Both the position numbers and the translations under genes were made by a program. Of a stretch of 64,000 bases of DNA, positions 45,035-54,960 are shown one piece after another. The stretch's first letter is position 1; every line of letters starts with the position of its first letter. Source of the DNA: an uncultured Saprospiraceae bacterium (GTDB lineage: Bacteria > Bacteroidota > Bacteroidia > Chitinophagales > Saprospiraceae); NCBI GenBank assembly GCA_937924035.1, contig CALDTK010000083.1, forward strand, positions 8,116 to 72,115, written 5' to 3'. The notes under the pieces are model-generated. The model was not told where the DNA came from. It saw nothing but the letters and a program-made list of their open reading frames with translations, and made no database searches.

Positions 45035-46036
45035 ATGGCATTTAATCTTAAAAGTCGCAATTTCCTTAAAATACTCGATTTTGATCAACGTGAAATGCTT
45101 TACCTGCTTGACCTTTCCCGAGATCTGAAGCGTGCAAAATATGCAGGCACAGAACAGCAACACCTACAAGGTAAAAATATATGTTTGATTTTTGAAAAAT
45201 CATCTACGCGCACCATGTGTGCATTCGAGGTAGCAGCATTTGACCAGGGAGCTCAGGTCACATATTTAGGGCCTTCTGGTTCGCAGATTGGTCATAAAGA
45301 ATCTATGAAAGACACCGCCAGAGTCTTGGGTAGAATGTTTGACGCGATTGAATACCGCGGGTTTGGACAAGATATTGTTGAAGAGCTTGGAGTCTACGCC
45401 GGTGTGCCTGTGTATAACGGACTAACGGATGAATTTCATCCTACACAAATGCTTGCGGATGTCCTCACTATGCGTGAGCACTGCGAGAAACCTTTAAGCG
45501 ATATTTCTTACGCCTATGTTGGCGATGGTCGATCAAATATGGGGCACTCACTCATGATAGTAGGCTGCGTCATGGGTATGGATGTACGAATTGCTGCGCC
45601 TAAATCTTTGTGGCCGAACAAGGAATTTTTGGAGCCCGCTCGGGAATTGGCTGAGAAATACGGCGCAAATTTGACCATCACCGAAGACCCGCAAGAAGCA
45701 GTCAAAGGTGCTGATTTTATTCACACAGATGTATGGGTATCAATGGGTGAAGCTGCAGAGGTTTGGGAAGAGCGTATCAAGTTGTTATCACCTTATTGTG
45801 TTGATAAAGCATTAATTCAGTCTACAGGACTTCGTACTACCAAGTTTATGCACTGTTTGCCCGCTTTTCACAATACAGAAACGATAATAGGTAAAGATAT
45901 CGCCAATAAATTCGGCATTACCGAAATGGAGGTAACAGAGGAGGTTTTTGAATCACCTGCCGGAATTCAGTTTGAGCAAGCAGAAAACCGTCTGCACACT
46001 ATTAAAGCGATTCTGGTCGCCACTTTGGGGAACTAG
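45035..46036 (+). CDS. arcB: ornithine carbamoyltransferase (catabolic context)
   Basis: Motifs [15 protein letters not shown] (STRT), HPTQMLAD and HCLPAF. Sits between arcA and arcC. Confidence 0.92.
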   Translation: MAFNLKSRNFLKILDFDQREMLYLLDLSRDLKRAKYAGTEQQHLQGKNICLIFEKSSTRTMCAFEVAAFDQGAQVTYLGPSGSQIGHKESMKDTARVLGRMFDAIEYRGFGQDIVEELGVYAGVPVYNGLTDEFHPTQMLADVLTMREHCEKPLSDISYAYVGDGRSNMGHSLMIVGCVMGMDVRIAAPKSLWPNKEFLEPARELAEKYGANLTITEDPQEAVKGADFIHTDVWVSMGEAAEVWEERIKLLSPYCVDKALIQSTGLRTTKFMHCLPAFHNTETIIGKDIANKFGITEMEVTEEVFESPAGIQFEQAENRLHTIKAILVATLGN

Positions 46037-46039
46037 GCT

Positions 46040-46972
46040 ATGAGAATTGTTGTCGCCCTGGGGGGTAACGCACTACTTCGGCGTGGTCAACCACTGACCG
46101 CCCAAGCGCAGCGTGAGAATGTCAGAGAAGCGGCCAGGGCGCTCGCGCCCATCGCAGAAGGCAATGAACTTGTCATAACGCATGGCAATGGTCCTCAGGT
46201 TGGTTTGCTCGCACTGCAAGGTGCAGCCTATAAGCCTGATGAATTGTTTCCTCTGGATATTTTAGGTGCAGAAACCGAGGGCATGATTGGTTATATGATT
46301 GAGCAAGAATTGGGAAATTTGTTGCCATTTGAACGCCCATTCGCATGCCTGCTTACCATGATAGAAATTGATCCGAGCGACGCCGCTTTTAAGAATCCCA
46401 CTAAGTTTATTGGCCCGGTCTATGAGAAGGCTGAGGCTCAACGCCTGGCTTCGGAAAATGACTGGAGTATTAAACAGGATGGCGATAAATGGCGAAGGGT
46501 TGTACCGTCTCCGATGCCCAAGCATATATTCGAGTCGCGCCCGATTCAATGGTTGCTGGAAAAGGATACCGTCGTCATTTGCGCAGGGGGGGGAGGGATT
46601 CCCACAATGTATGATGCGGAAAATAATCTACAAGGCATCGAAGCCGTTATTGATAAAGATTTCGCTAGTGAGCTACTAGCACGTGAATTAAAGGCAGATT
46701 TATACATCATGGCAACTGATGCGGATGGAGTCTATCTGGACTACGGTAAACCAAATGCCCGACGAATAAAACAAGCCGGTTTGAGTGAGATAGGTAAGTA
46801 TGAGTTTCCAGCAGGCTCGATGGGGCCAAAGGTGGAAGCGGCCTGTATGTTTGCAAAGCTTACGGGAAAGTCAGCCGCTATTGGCGGACTTTCCGATCTC
46901 CCCGGAATCATCAACGGTGATGCTGGTACAACAATTAGTGCTAATATTTCAGGAATTGAGTTTCACACCTGA
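46040..46972 (+). CDS. arcC: carbamate kinase
   Basis: [17 protein letters not shown]..., [16 protein letters not shown] motifs. 310 aa. Confidence 0.92.
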   Translation: MRIVVALGGNALLRRGQPLTAQAQRENVREAARALAPIAEGNELVITHGNGPQVGLLALQGAAYKPDELFPLDILGAETEGMIGYMIEQELGNLLPFERPFACLLTMIEIDPSDAAFKNPTKFIGPVYEKAEAQRLASENDWSIKQDGDKWRRVVPSPMPKHIFESRPIQWLLEKDTVVICAGGGGIPTMYDAENNLQGIEAVIDKDFASELLARELKADLYIMATDADGVYLDYGKPNARRIKQAGLSEIGKYEFPAGSMGPKVEAACMFAKLTGKSAAIGGLSDLPGIINGDAGTTISANISGIEFHT

Positions 46973-47143
46973 GCGTTACGAACGAAAGTATGGTACCGAC
47001 AATTCAATTCAATTCAAATTGCTAGGAGACCTTGTGAAAAGACTACCACCGACTGCAACTTCCCCTGTTCATTTTCTCGGTGCCAGCACTATCGTATGTA
47101 GATAGCAGTACATTGATCGGCAGTGTGCGAATAGGGATTACAC

Positions 47144-47437
47144 GTGAAAATTATGAGAGTACGCCAAACGATTGCTATCATCCTAGTGTTTGGTTTTAGT
47201 ATCGTAAGCGTGAGGGCAGATGGTAAAGCTGATGCCGTCGAGCAGGCAAAGCCCGGTGCGGGGCTGACCATCTATATGAATCTTAGTATGCTGGGACGGA
47301 AGAGTCGTGCTGCGAAACGAATGACTGAGCTTCACCAGAAATACTACTCGAAAGGATGGTCCGTAGTTGACGTTGATCCGTATTTAGAAAATGGTGACTT
47401 GCAGGGGTTCTTTATTACCTATGTGGGACGCAAGTGA
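47144..47437 (+). CDS. small hypothetical exported protein
   Basis: GTG at 47144 or ATG at 47153. Signal-like MRVRQTIAIILVFGFSIVSVRA. No family recognised. Confidence 0.4.
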   Translation: MKIMRVRQTIAIILVFGFSIVSVRADGKADAVEQAKPGAGLTIYMNLSMLGRKSRAAKRMTELHQKYYSKGWSVVDVDPYLENGDLQGFFITYVGRK

Positions 47438-47703
47438 GTTTACAAAATCTCGATAGATGCCCTATTGATTAGTAATGATTGGCGGGTGGAAAGAAAGATT
47501 TGGCTGCAAATGCCTTTAAAGTCACCAAGCAATAGGGTAATTAAAAAATTGTCACAATCGAATAACCAAGAAAATATCTGACACATACGTTGGATTATTC
47601 CAATTCAATTTGTGGGTCGATGTGGGGGAGGATTTTTAATTTAAATCAATAAGTGGCGCTAGGGCGTAGCTTCGTAGCTTCGAATTCAATTACCTCGTAA
47701 GAA

Positions 47704-47765
47704 CGACATATCTTCGAATATCAATATGTCGATTTTGTTCCTTTTCTGTTCCTGTTGTTTTTTTT
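47704..47765 (+). promoter_or_regulatory. hairpin plus conserved pyrimidine-rich motif, copy B (long leader/intergenic region upstream of usp)
   Basis: Inverted repeat CGACATAT-N12-ATATGTCG (47704..47731) overlaps the start of CAATATGTCGATTTTGTTCCTTTTCTGTTCCTGTTGTTTTTTTT (47722..47765). TGTTC at 47736 and 47747 (11-nt phasing) and TGTTG at 47753. Confidence 0.5.
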
Positions 47766-48094
47766 CTATAGCCTTGTGAAAGTATTGTCATCTGCTTGTT
47801 CTTTAATTTTACAATCTTTGTAATTGGATCGTTTACTGATGAAAAAATGATTGTCACGTATTCCCATTTTTTCTCCAACAGAATATTAGTTTGGGGAACA
47901 TCGGGGTATGGGGAAGATAAAATTCCGGTGAATTCACGCTTGGGTAATCCATCTTCTCACTCCCTCCGCTTTCGGAAGAATATTCCGGGAAAGTTGATCT
48001 CGATACGATATACGTTTGTAAAAAGCAGTTGTTATCTCAATTCACTTGAAAGATTGGCAGCTTGTTTTATTACCATTGTTGTTAAGGAGTTTAT

Positions 48095-48931
48095 ATGCAA
48101 AAACTTACGAAGACATTGCTCCACCCAACTGATTTTTCTGTCGGAAGTGAGGTGGCCTTCAAGCATGCACTTAGCATGGCAATTGCCAAGAAGGGCAGTC
48201 TGAATATCCTTCATGTTGGAGATCTTGGAAGTGGTACCCATTGGCAAGATTTTCCAGGTATCCGTGAAACGCTCAATAAGTGGGGCTTGCTGGATAGCGA
48301 TGCCAAAAGAACTGAGGTATTTGAGAGATTGGGTATCAAGGTGGAAAAAGTCGAAACGCATACCCGCTCGGTTGTTGGCGGCATTGCTAATTTTGGATTA
48401 ATACACAAACACGAAATTGATATGCTAGTGCTTTCAACTGCTGGTAGAGAGGGCATTCCAAGGTGGTTGGAACCGTCGAAAGCTGAGCGTGTTGCTCGGG
48501 ATATCCGAGTACCTGCTCTATTTGTACCTAGACAAAGCCAGATGATTCATCCTACTGATGGACATATGAACTTAGCTAATATTCTTATACCCATTGATCA
48601 TTCGCCAGATCCACAGTACGCAATTGACTATGCGGTCAAATTACTTCAAGAGATGAATGTCACTGGTTGCAACCTACAACTGCTCCATGTCGGTAAGGAT
48701 ATTTCTTTCCCAAATGTCGAGATGCCAACTTCTGACAATATCGGCTGCGAAAAAATATCGCTAACTGGTGACACAGTCCATGCGATTCTCTCTACAGCTC
48801 TTAATCAAAAGTCCTCGCTAATTATTATGGCTACTCATGGGCATGATGGATTTTTGGATGCACTGCGAGGTAGTACAAGCGAGAGAGTATTGCGGGATGC
48901 CGTTTGCCCTGTCTTAGCATTGCCCGTATAG
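48095..48931 (+). CDS. tandem-domain universal stress protein
   Basis: GGAG Shine-Dalgarno. Two Usp-like halves. C-terminal MATHGHDGFLDALRGSTSERVLRDAVCPVLALP resembles the UspA ATP-binding motif region. Confidence 0.8.
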   Translation: MQKLTKTLLHPTDFSVGSEVAFKHALSMAIAKKGSLNILHVGDLGSGTHWQDFPGIRETLNKWGLLDSDAKRTEVFERLGIKVEKVETHTRSVVGGIANFGLIHKHEIDMLVLSTAGREGIPRWLEPSKAERVARDIRVPALFVPRQSQMIHPTDGHMNLANILIPIDHSPDPQYAIDYAVKLLQEMNVTGCNLQLLHVGKDISFPNVEMPTSDNIGCEKISLTGDTVHAILSTALNQKSSLIIMATHGHDGFLDALRGSTSERVLRDAVCPVLALPV

Positions 48932-49067
48932 CCACAATCTAAGGGACGTTGGCGATTAGCATGAAATGTCAGGAAATGCTATCTCTAGTGATCCGGTGGA
49001 GTATTGACCCGCCTTTTTAATATAGTCGATCAATGGCGGAAAAAGAGGCGCTCGCTAAAAGCAAAAA

Positions 49068-50018
49068 ATGAATAGACACTACATTTTCATAGTATTGATA
49101 TTTCACCTTTCAGTGGGAACTGCTCAGGAGCACCATAGTCAATGTTCTAGAATCAATGAAAGTGCTGAAAGGCTGGGTTGTTACGACTCTGTTTCGAACA
49201 AACTGAGTAGTAGCAATGAACTACAAAAAACTCAAGTATCTCCAATTCTCGCACGTGCTACGGAAGAACATGAACACCAACTTAGGTGGTTTTCCATTAC
49301 ACCTCATAAGGTGAACTATCTCCTCCCAATCACCAACAACGAATCCTCTGATTTTTCACCGTATGGTGATTTCGGAAAGCTTTTTAGTGATACAGAAATC
49401 AAATTTCAATTGAGCTTGAAAACTCGTGTATGGTCAGATTTATGGAAAAACTCTTCTCTATGGATTGCTTATACGCAACAATCTTATTGGCAGCTGTATA
49501 GCGACGATAAAGCATCCGCCCCATTCCGGGAGACTAACCATGAGCCTGAATTGATATGGCAGTTTCCATTGCAGTTTACAGCTTTTGGTTTTAATGCACG
49601 TGTGGCGTCGCTCTCATTCAATCATCAATCCAATGGTCAACCTAATCCACTGTCACGTAGTTGGAATAGAATCACAGGGGAAATAGCATTCGATCGAAAT
49701 AATTACGTCCTATCCGCAAAAACATGGACACGAATCGACGGATCAAAGAATGATGACAATCCTGCTATTACTGACTATGCTGGGCGGATTGAATTTGGAC
49801 TTGCTTACAAAAGTGGCAATCACACGCTAGCTATTGGCCTTAAAAACAACCTCGACAACGAGAACCGTAGTGGTGTAGAGGTTAATTGGCTGTTCCCACT
49901 AGCAAGCCATCTGCGAGGTTTCGTACAAATATATTCGGGCTATGGCGAAAGCCTCATAAATATCGAGGACTATTCCAACAGAATAGGTGTTGGAGTCGCA
50001 CTTACGGATTGGCTGTAA
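49068..50018 (+). CDS. pldA: outer-membrane phospholipase A (OMPLA)
   Basis: Signal peptide. FRETNHEPELIW and catalytic-type HQSNG motif (SFNHQSNGQPNPLSRSWNR). Beta-barrel pattern. Confidence 0.85.
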   Translation: MNRHYIFIVLIFHLSVGTAQEHHSQCSRINESAERLGCYDSVSNKLSSSNELQKTQVSPILARATEEHEHQLRWFSITPHKVNYLLPITNNESSDFSPYGDFGKLFSDTEIKFQLSLKTRVWSDLWKNSSLWIAYTQQSYWQLYSDDKASAPFRETNHEPELIWQFPLQFTAFGFNARVASLSFNHQSNGQPNPLSRSWNRITGEIAFDRNNYVLSAKTWTRIDGSKNDDNPAITDYAGRIEFGLAYKSGNHTLAIGLKNNLDNENRSGVEVNWLFPLASHLRGFVQIYSGYGESLINIEDYSNRIGVGVALTDWL

Positions 50019-50100
50019 AGCCATTCCGAATTCTTTCGGATATTCCTGTTTGTTCAATCGATACCGTTCATTTGCAGCATGATTATAAAGTTGATAAACA

Positions 50101-51300
50101 ATGCATGAATTGAAAGCAAATGCTTTTTTGAGCTACACCATCGGTATTCTGATTTTCTTTATAGGTGTGAAACTAAACAGCCAATTTACTTTACTGCGTA
50201 AATATCATATTCCGGAGCCAGTGACTGGTGGTCTACTGGCAGCGTTTTGTATTCTTTTTATTTACCAATACACCGGCGTAACTGTTAGCTTTGACCTGCA
50301 CACTCGTGACATCCTGTTGGTGTATTTTTTTACTTGCATCGGAATCAACGCTAGATTTTCTGATCTAATCAGTGGTGGTAAGCCGCTCCTGATTCTTTTA
50401 GCGCTAACTCTGGCTTTTATCATAATTCAGGATGTAGTTGGATTAACTGGCGCAGCACTCGTAGGAGCTGATTCTGCTGTCGGTGTAATGGCAGGGTCTG
50501 CATCACTAATCGGCGGTCATGGCACCGCAATCGCGTGGGCACCAGATGCAAGAAATGCTGGCCTCGATAACGCACTTGAGATTGGTATAGCATCAGCTAC
50601 ACTCGGCCTTGTTATCGCAAGCCTAATTGGCGGTCCAATAGCGAGTTTACTTATTAAACGTTACAGGCTCTGCGCTAATCTGGATGAAGCGCCAGTTGTG
50701 GGAATAGCCTTTGATGACCAAGCTAGTGAGTCTATTGATCATCTGAACATTATGTCCGTAATCCTTGTGATTCATATCGCAATGATCTTTGGTTACATTC
50801 TTAATGAGTCACTAACCAGCTTCGGGTTTAAGCTTCCACTCTTTGTATCATGTTTGTTGACTGCCATTGTTATGTCTAACGTAATTCCGCCGATTTTTCC
50901 ACGTATGCAGTGGCCGGCTCGAACAGTCGCACTTGCACTCGTTTCTGATTTTTCCCTTGGACTTTTCCTTGCAATGTCGCTAATGAGTATGCAGCTGTGG
51001 ACAATTGCCGAGCTTGCTGGCCCATTGTTTGTGATTCTTGCCATGCAAACCTTCGCAGCGATTGCTTTTATATTTTTCCTTGTCTTCCCATTAATGGGAG
51101 GCAACTACCAAGCGGCGGTTCTTAGCGCTGGTTTTGGTGGGTTTTCAATGGGTGCTACGCCGACTGCAATCGCTAATATGACCGCCGTGACGAAAACCCA
51201 CGGTCCAGCTCCTACTGCGTTTATTATTTTGCCACTAGTAGCGGCATTCTTTGTCGATATTGCTAACGCTTTTGTTATACGAGCTGCATTAGCATGGTAG
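50101..51300 (+). CDS. gltS: sodium/glutamate symporter
   Basis: 399-aa multi-TM protein with GltS-like blocks (IPEPVTGGLLAA, GGHGTAIAW, GFGGFSMGATPTAIANM). Confidence 0.85.
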   Translation: MHELKANAFLSYTIGILIFFIGVKLNSQFTLLRKYHIPEPVTGGLLAAFCILFIYQYTGVTVSFDLHTRDILLVYFFTCIGINARFSDLISGGKPLLILLALTLAFIIIQDVVGLTGAALVGADSAVGVMAGSASLIGGHGTAIAWAPDARNAGLDNALEIGIASATLGLVIASLIGGPIASLLIKRYRLCANLDEAPVVGIAFDDQASESIDHLNIMSVILVIHIAMIFGYILNESLTSFGFKLPLFVSCLLTAIVMSNVIPPIFPRMQWPARTVALALVSDFSLGLFLAMSLMSMQLWTIAELAGPLFVILAMQTFAAIAFIFFLVFPLMGGNYQAAVLSAGFGGFSMGATPTAIANMTAVTKTHGPAPTAFIILPLVAAFFVDIANAFVIRAALAW

Positions 51301-51322
51301 CGATTGTCCCAGGAAGATATTC

Positions 51323-51760
51323 ATGTTAAGCAGTAATCTGTTAACTGGTACAGTTATTGTAATTGTCTGCGTCATGTTCCATGTCGCCGCATTGGTTAAA
51401 CTGGCGGTATTGGTCCGCGTGATTGACAACAAAGTCAACATCAGTAGTACAACCAATAACGCAATGTTTCTGATGGCTATTGCCGTGCTGTTCATTTTAG
51501 TCATACACACAATCGAGGCCTGGGCCTGGGGCGTCATTTATATCGTGATCGGAGAATTCAGTAATATCGAAGATGCACTGTACTATTCCGTGGTTACCTC
51601 AACAACCTTAGGATACGGTGACATAACCTTATCTGGCCGCTGGCGCTTGTTAAGTAGCTTCGAAGCAATGGGAGGGTTAATACTTTTTTCTGCTAGCACG
51701 GCGTTCCTGCTTGGCTTGATGCGCAATGTATTCGAAGAAATTAACGAGCAATCTGACTAA
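51323..51760 (+). CDS. minimal two-TM potassium channel (Ion_trans_2-like)
   Basis: Selectivity-filter signature TTLGYGD between two hydrophobic helices. 145 aa. Confidence 0.75.
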   Translation: MLSSNLLTGTVIVIVCVMFHVAALVKLAVLVRVIDNKVNISSTTNNAMFLMAIAVLFILVIHTIEAWAWGVIYIVIGEFSNIEDALYYSVVTSTTLGYGDITLSGRWRLLSSFEAMGGLILFSASTAFLLGLMRNVFEEINEQSD

Positions 51761-51900
51761 TTGTCATTGGCACAGGGTGATTGGTCATTGGCGCTGATTG
51801 ATTACCTCTATTAGTAGCGAGTCTCTATTATTCGATATATGAAAATTCACAAAGTTGACCGCATATATTTAATCAAATCTGCCGCTCGAATGTGGCCCTC

Positions 51901-52749
51901 ATGAAACGGTATCTCATTCGGATATCCATATTCAACTTGACTCTCATATTGGGTGCTTGCGCATTCGGTGATTATGAGTCAGCGCGAAACAATGTGGAGG
52001 AGGGCGAGGCAATCGCGACCGACTTGCGTGAATGTAGATCGATGTTACATCGAGCAAACCTTGATCAATCAGATCCTATTCAACCAGGTAGTTTAAAATT
52101 GCTAAATTGGAATATTAGTAAAGGGTCAAAAGAATTCTGGCAAAAGGATCTACGCAGCATGTCAATTGATAAGGATTTTGTGATACTCCAAGAAGCCGTG
52201 CTTGATTCTGGCATCAAGCTTCAAGTCAAAGAACTCATGCATGAGTCATTTAGCCCAGGGTACACAACCGCGTCAAAAACAACTGGTGTGCTCACCTACA
52301 GCAAACGCAAACCGCTCAGTGAATGTCGATTGTCGGTACTCGAGCCTTGGTTAAGAACCCCTAAAGCGACTAATATTACGCAATTTTCCATTGAGGGCCG
52401 ACACGAAACGCTTCTTGTGATTAACGTACACGTTGTTAATTTTAGCATCGGGTTGATCAGGTTTCGCGACCAAATGGAGCAGATCCGACAAGTACTAATG
52501 GATCACAGTGGCCCGGCAATTTTGGCTGGTGATTTTAATACCTGGCGCAGTAAGCGTATGGAGGTCGTCAATGACATTGCTGGGAGATTCGCATTTGTTG
52601 CAGTTCAACTGCAACTAGACAATCGAAAGAAATTTAATGGCCATGCATTGGACCATGTATTTGTTCGGGGGCTTTCTGTACATAATAGCGAGGTAAAATC
52701 AGTGATATCATCTGATCACAATCCAATAGCCGTTGAACTTCGATTATAA
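51901..52749 (+). CDS. endonuclease/exonuclease/phosphatase (EEP) family lipoprotein
   Basis: ATG at 51901 gives lipobox NLTLILGAC. EEP-like motifs LLNWNISKG, ILQEA, GDFNTW and C-terminal SDHNPIAVEL. Confidence 0.75.
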   Translation: MKRYLIRISIFNLTLILGACAFGDYESARNNVEEGEAIATDLRECRSMLHRANLDQSDPIQPGSLKLLNWNISKGSKEFWQKDLRSMSIDKDFVILQEAVLDSGIKLQVKELMHESFSPGYTTASKTTGVLTYSKRKPLSECRLSVLEPWLRTPKATNITQFSIEGRHETLLVINVHVVNFSIGLIRFRDQMEQIRQVLMDHSGPAILAGDFNTWRSKRMEVVNDIAGRFAFVAVQLQLDNRKKFNGHALDHVFVRGLSVHNSEVKSVISSDHNPIAVELRL

Positions 52750-52925
52750 GACAATATCTATTCATAGCAGGACAGGTAGGAACCAACTACTGCAGTAGGT
52801 GATGATGCTGTGAAGATCGATTTTTTACTAGTATCTGTGGGTAGACATTTTGGGTCTCGATAGGAGACTGTATTTTAAATTGTGTAAATAGCCCGTGATT
52901 CATTTTATCCTACAGAGGACAGAAT

Positions 52926-53260
52926 TATGGAAACACACGTGGACGAAGAAGCAATACGTCAGCTAGCTAAAAGCTAACAAAGAAGCTAGCCAAAGATATT
53001 AAAACTGAATCTGATCTAGGCGATTTCTCAAAATTGCTTTGGAAGATCGTGGTAGAAACCGCACTGGATGCCGAACTCACGGACCATCTGGGCTACGACA
53101 AGAGCGACACCAAAGGCAATGGCTCTGGTAACAGTCGCACGGTAAATCCCGAAAACGCCTCAAAGGCGATCACGGTGATATTGATCTAGACATTCCCAGG
53201 GATCGTGAAGGTACATTTGAGCCGCAGATACTGAAAAAAGGTCAGTTACGGCTGACACAA
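52926..53260 (+). pseudogene. 5' fragment of an IS256-family transposase gene (stops and a frameshift, truncated)
   Basis: Frames give ...KIVVETALDAELTDHLGYDKSDTKGNGSGNSR... and ...LKGDHGDIDLDIPRDREGTFEPQILKKGQLRLTQ, matching the conserved N-terminal third of IS256-type (mutator-like) transposases. No DDE part follows. Confidence 0.75.
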
Positions 53261-53293
53261 AGTAGGCGCCGAAGAATCAGATTGTATTGCCTC

Positions 53294-53953
<660 letters not shown>

Positions 53954-53982
53954 AATAGAAATCTAAAGATTAGTCACTGCAG

Positions 53983-54045
53983 GTGGGTCAACTTTATGTT
54001 GCAGGATTTCCCGCCAAGTGGATCACTTTTATGTTGCCGTTGACA
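53983..54045 (+). mobile_element. right terminus of the IS21-family element with duplicated subterminal repeats
   Basis: GTGGGTCAACTTTATGTTGC (53983..54002) and GTGGATCACTTTTATGTTGC (54018..54037) match at 17 of 20 positions. The element appears to end ...CCGTTGACA at 54045, where the interrupted IS3-type reading frame begins on the other strand. Confidence 0.55.
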
Positions 54046-54802
54046 ACAGCAGTGTTCGGTCTTTCGTTGTTATATGTCCAGAGCCATTCTGTGGCTAGTA
54101 TTTGCGCGTGTTCAACGCTGTTAAAGTCGTGCATATCCAACTACTCATGTCGAACCGTTCTGTTGTATCTTTCAACATAAGCATTCTGGGTGGGTTTGCC
54201 TGGCTGAATATACATCAGCGTGATTCGGTTGTCGTTTGCCCAGTCGATTAGCGGTTGCGAAATATACTCTGGACCGTTATCACATCGCAGTGAGTGAGGC
54301 TTGCCTCGCCATTCAATAATTTGATTTAGAGCCCGAATCACTCGCTCACTGGGCAGCGATAATCCACCTCAATGCCTAGACCTTCACGGCTGTAGTCATC
54401 CAATACGTTGAACGTTCTCAGTGTTCTGCCATCAGCCAGTGAATCTGACATGAAGTCCATTGACCAGACCTGATTGATCGCAGTGGCAGTGCCGAGTTGA
54501 CCAGGCCGTTCACATTGTAATCGGCGCTTGGGTTTAATTCGCTAGTTCAGCTCTAGCTCCCGGTAAATACGATACACACGCTTGTGATTCCACTTGAATC
54601 CCTTGGCGTTTCGTAGATAGAAAAAGCAAAGCTTAAAACCCCAGCGCTTGTAGGTATCTGTGAGTTTCAGCAACCACTGTGCAATTAACGCATTCTCATC
54701 GCTGAGCTTTTCTTTGTATCGATAGCAGCTCTCACTGATACAAAAACAATCACACGCCGCCCGAATGCTAATGCCGTGGTGAGCAACAGCCTCCTTGGCC
54801 AT
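54046..54802 (-). pseudogene. IS3-family (IS2-group-like) transposase orfB remnant, truncated at both ends
   Basis: Minus-strand fragments ...ISIRAACDCFCISESCYRYKEK...WNHKRVYRIYRELELN / LRIKPKRR...INQVWSMDFMSDSLADGRTLRTFNVLDDYSREGLGIEVDY / VIRALNQIIEWRGKPHSLRCDNGPEYIS...QPGKPTQNAYVERYNRTVRHE / ...ATEWLWTYNNERPNTAV. They contain a frameshift and an in-frame stop. The 3' end is cut by the IS21 terminus at 54045. Confidence 0.8.
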
Positions 54803-54820
54803 CTAACTGTTATTGTAAGA

Positions 54821-54850
54821 AAAGAAAGCATTGTCCTCAATGCTTTCTTT
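54821..54850 (-). terminator. terminator-like hairpin downstream of the unknown operon (could act on either strand)
   Basis: AAAGAAAGCATTG-tcct-CAATGCTTTCTTT, a perfect 13-bp inverted repeat with a GCATTG core flanked by A- and T-tracts. Lies 110 nt after the stop at 54961. In minus orientation it is followed by TCTTAC. Confidence 0.5.
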
Positions 54851-54960
54851 GATTGTCTGTATGCCTTTAAAACGTCGTAGCTGCGATGGGTCGTTTTTTA
54901 GCACAGTCTCTGATAAGCATGACTCTCTTACACATTTGCCTTGAGGTTCTATAATTTCGT

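Noticed and set aside
47000-47017. CAATT x3 microsatellite after arcC
   Set aside because: It is very short, has no flanking structure, and is likely chance or slippage of no evident function.
47796-48203. 135-aa plus-strand ORF running into the usp start
   Set aside because: It overlaps the usp Shine-Dalgarno and ATG in another frame, has low-complexity composition and has no start context.
53983-54180. 65-aa plus-strand ORF starting at the GTG at 53983
   Set aside because: It is composed of the IS21 terminal repeats plus the antisense of the IS3-type orfB remnant, so it is not a gene.
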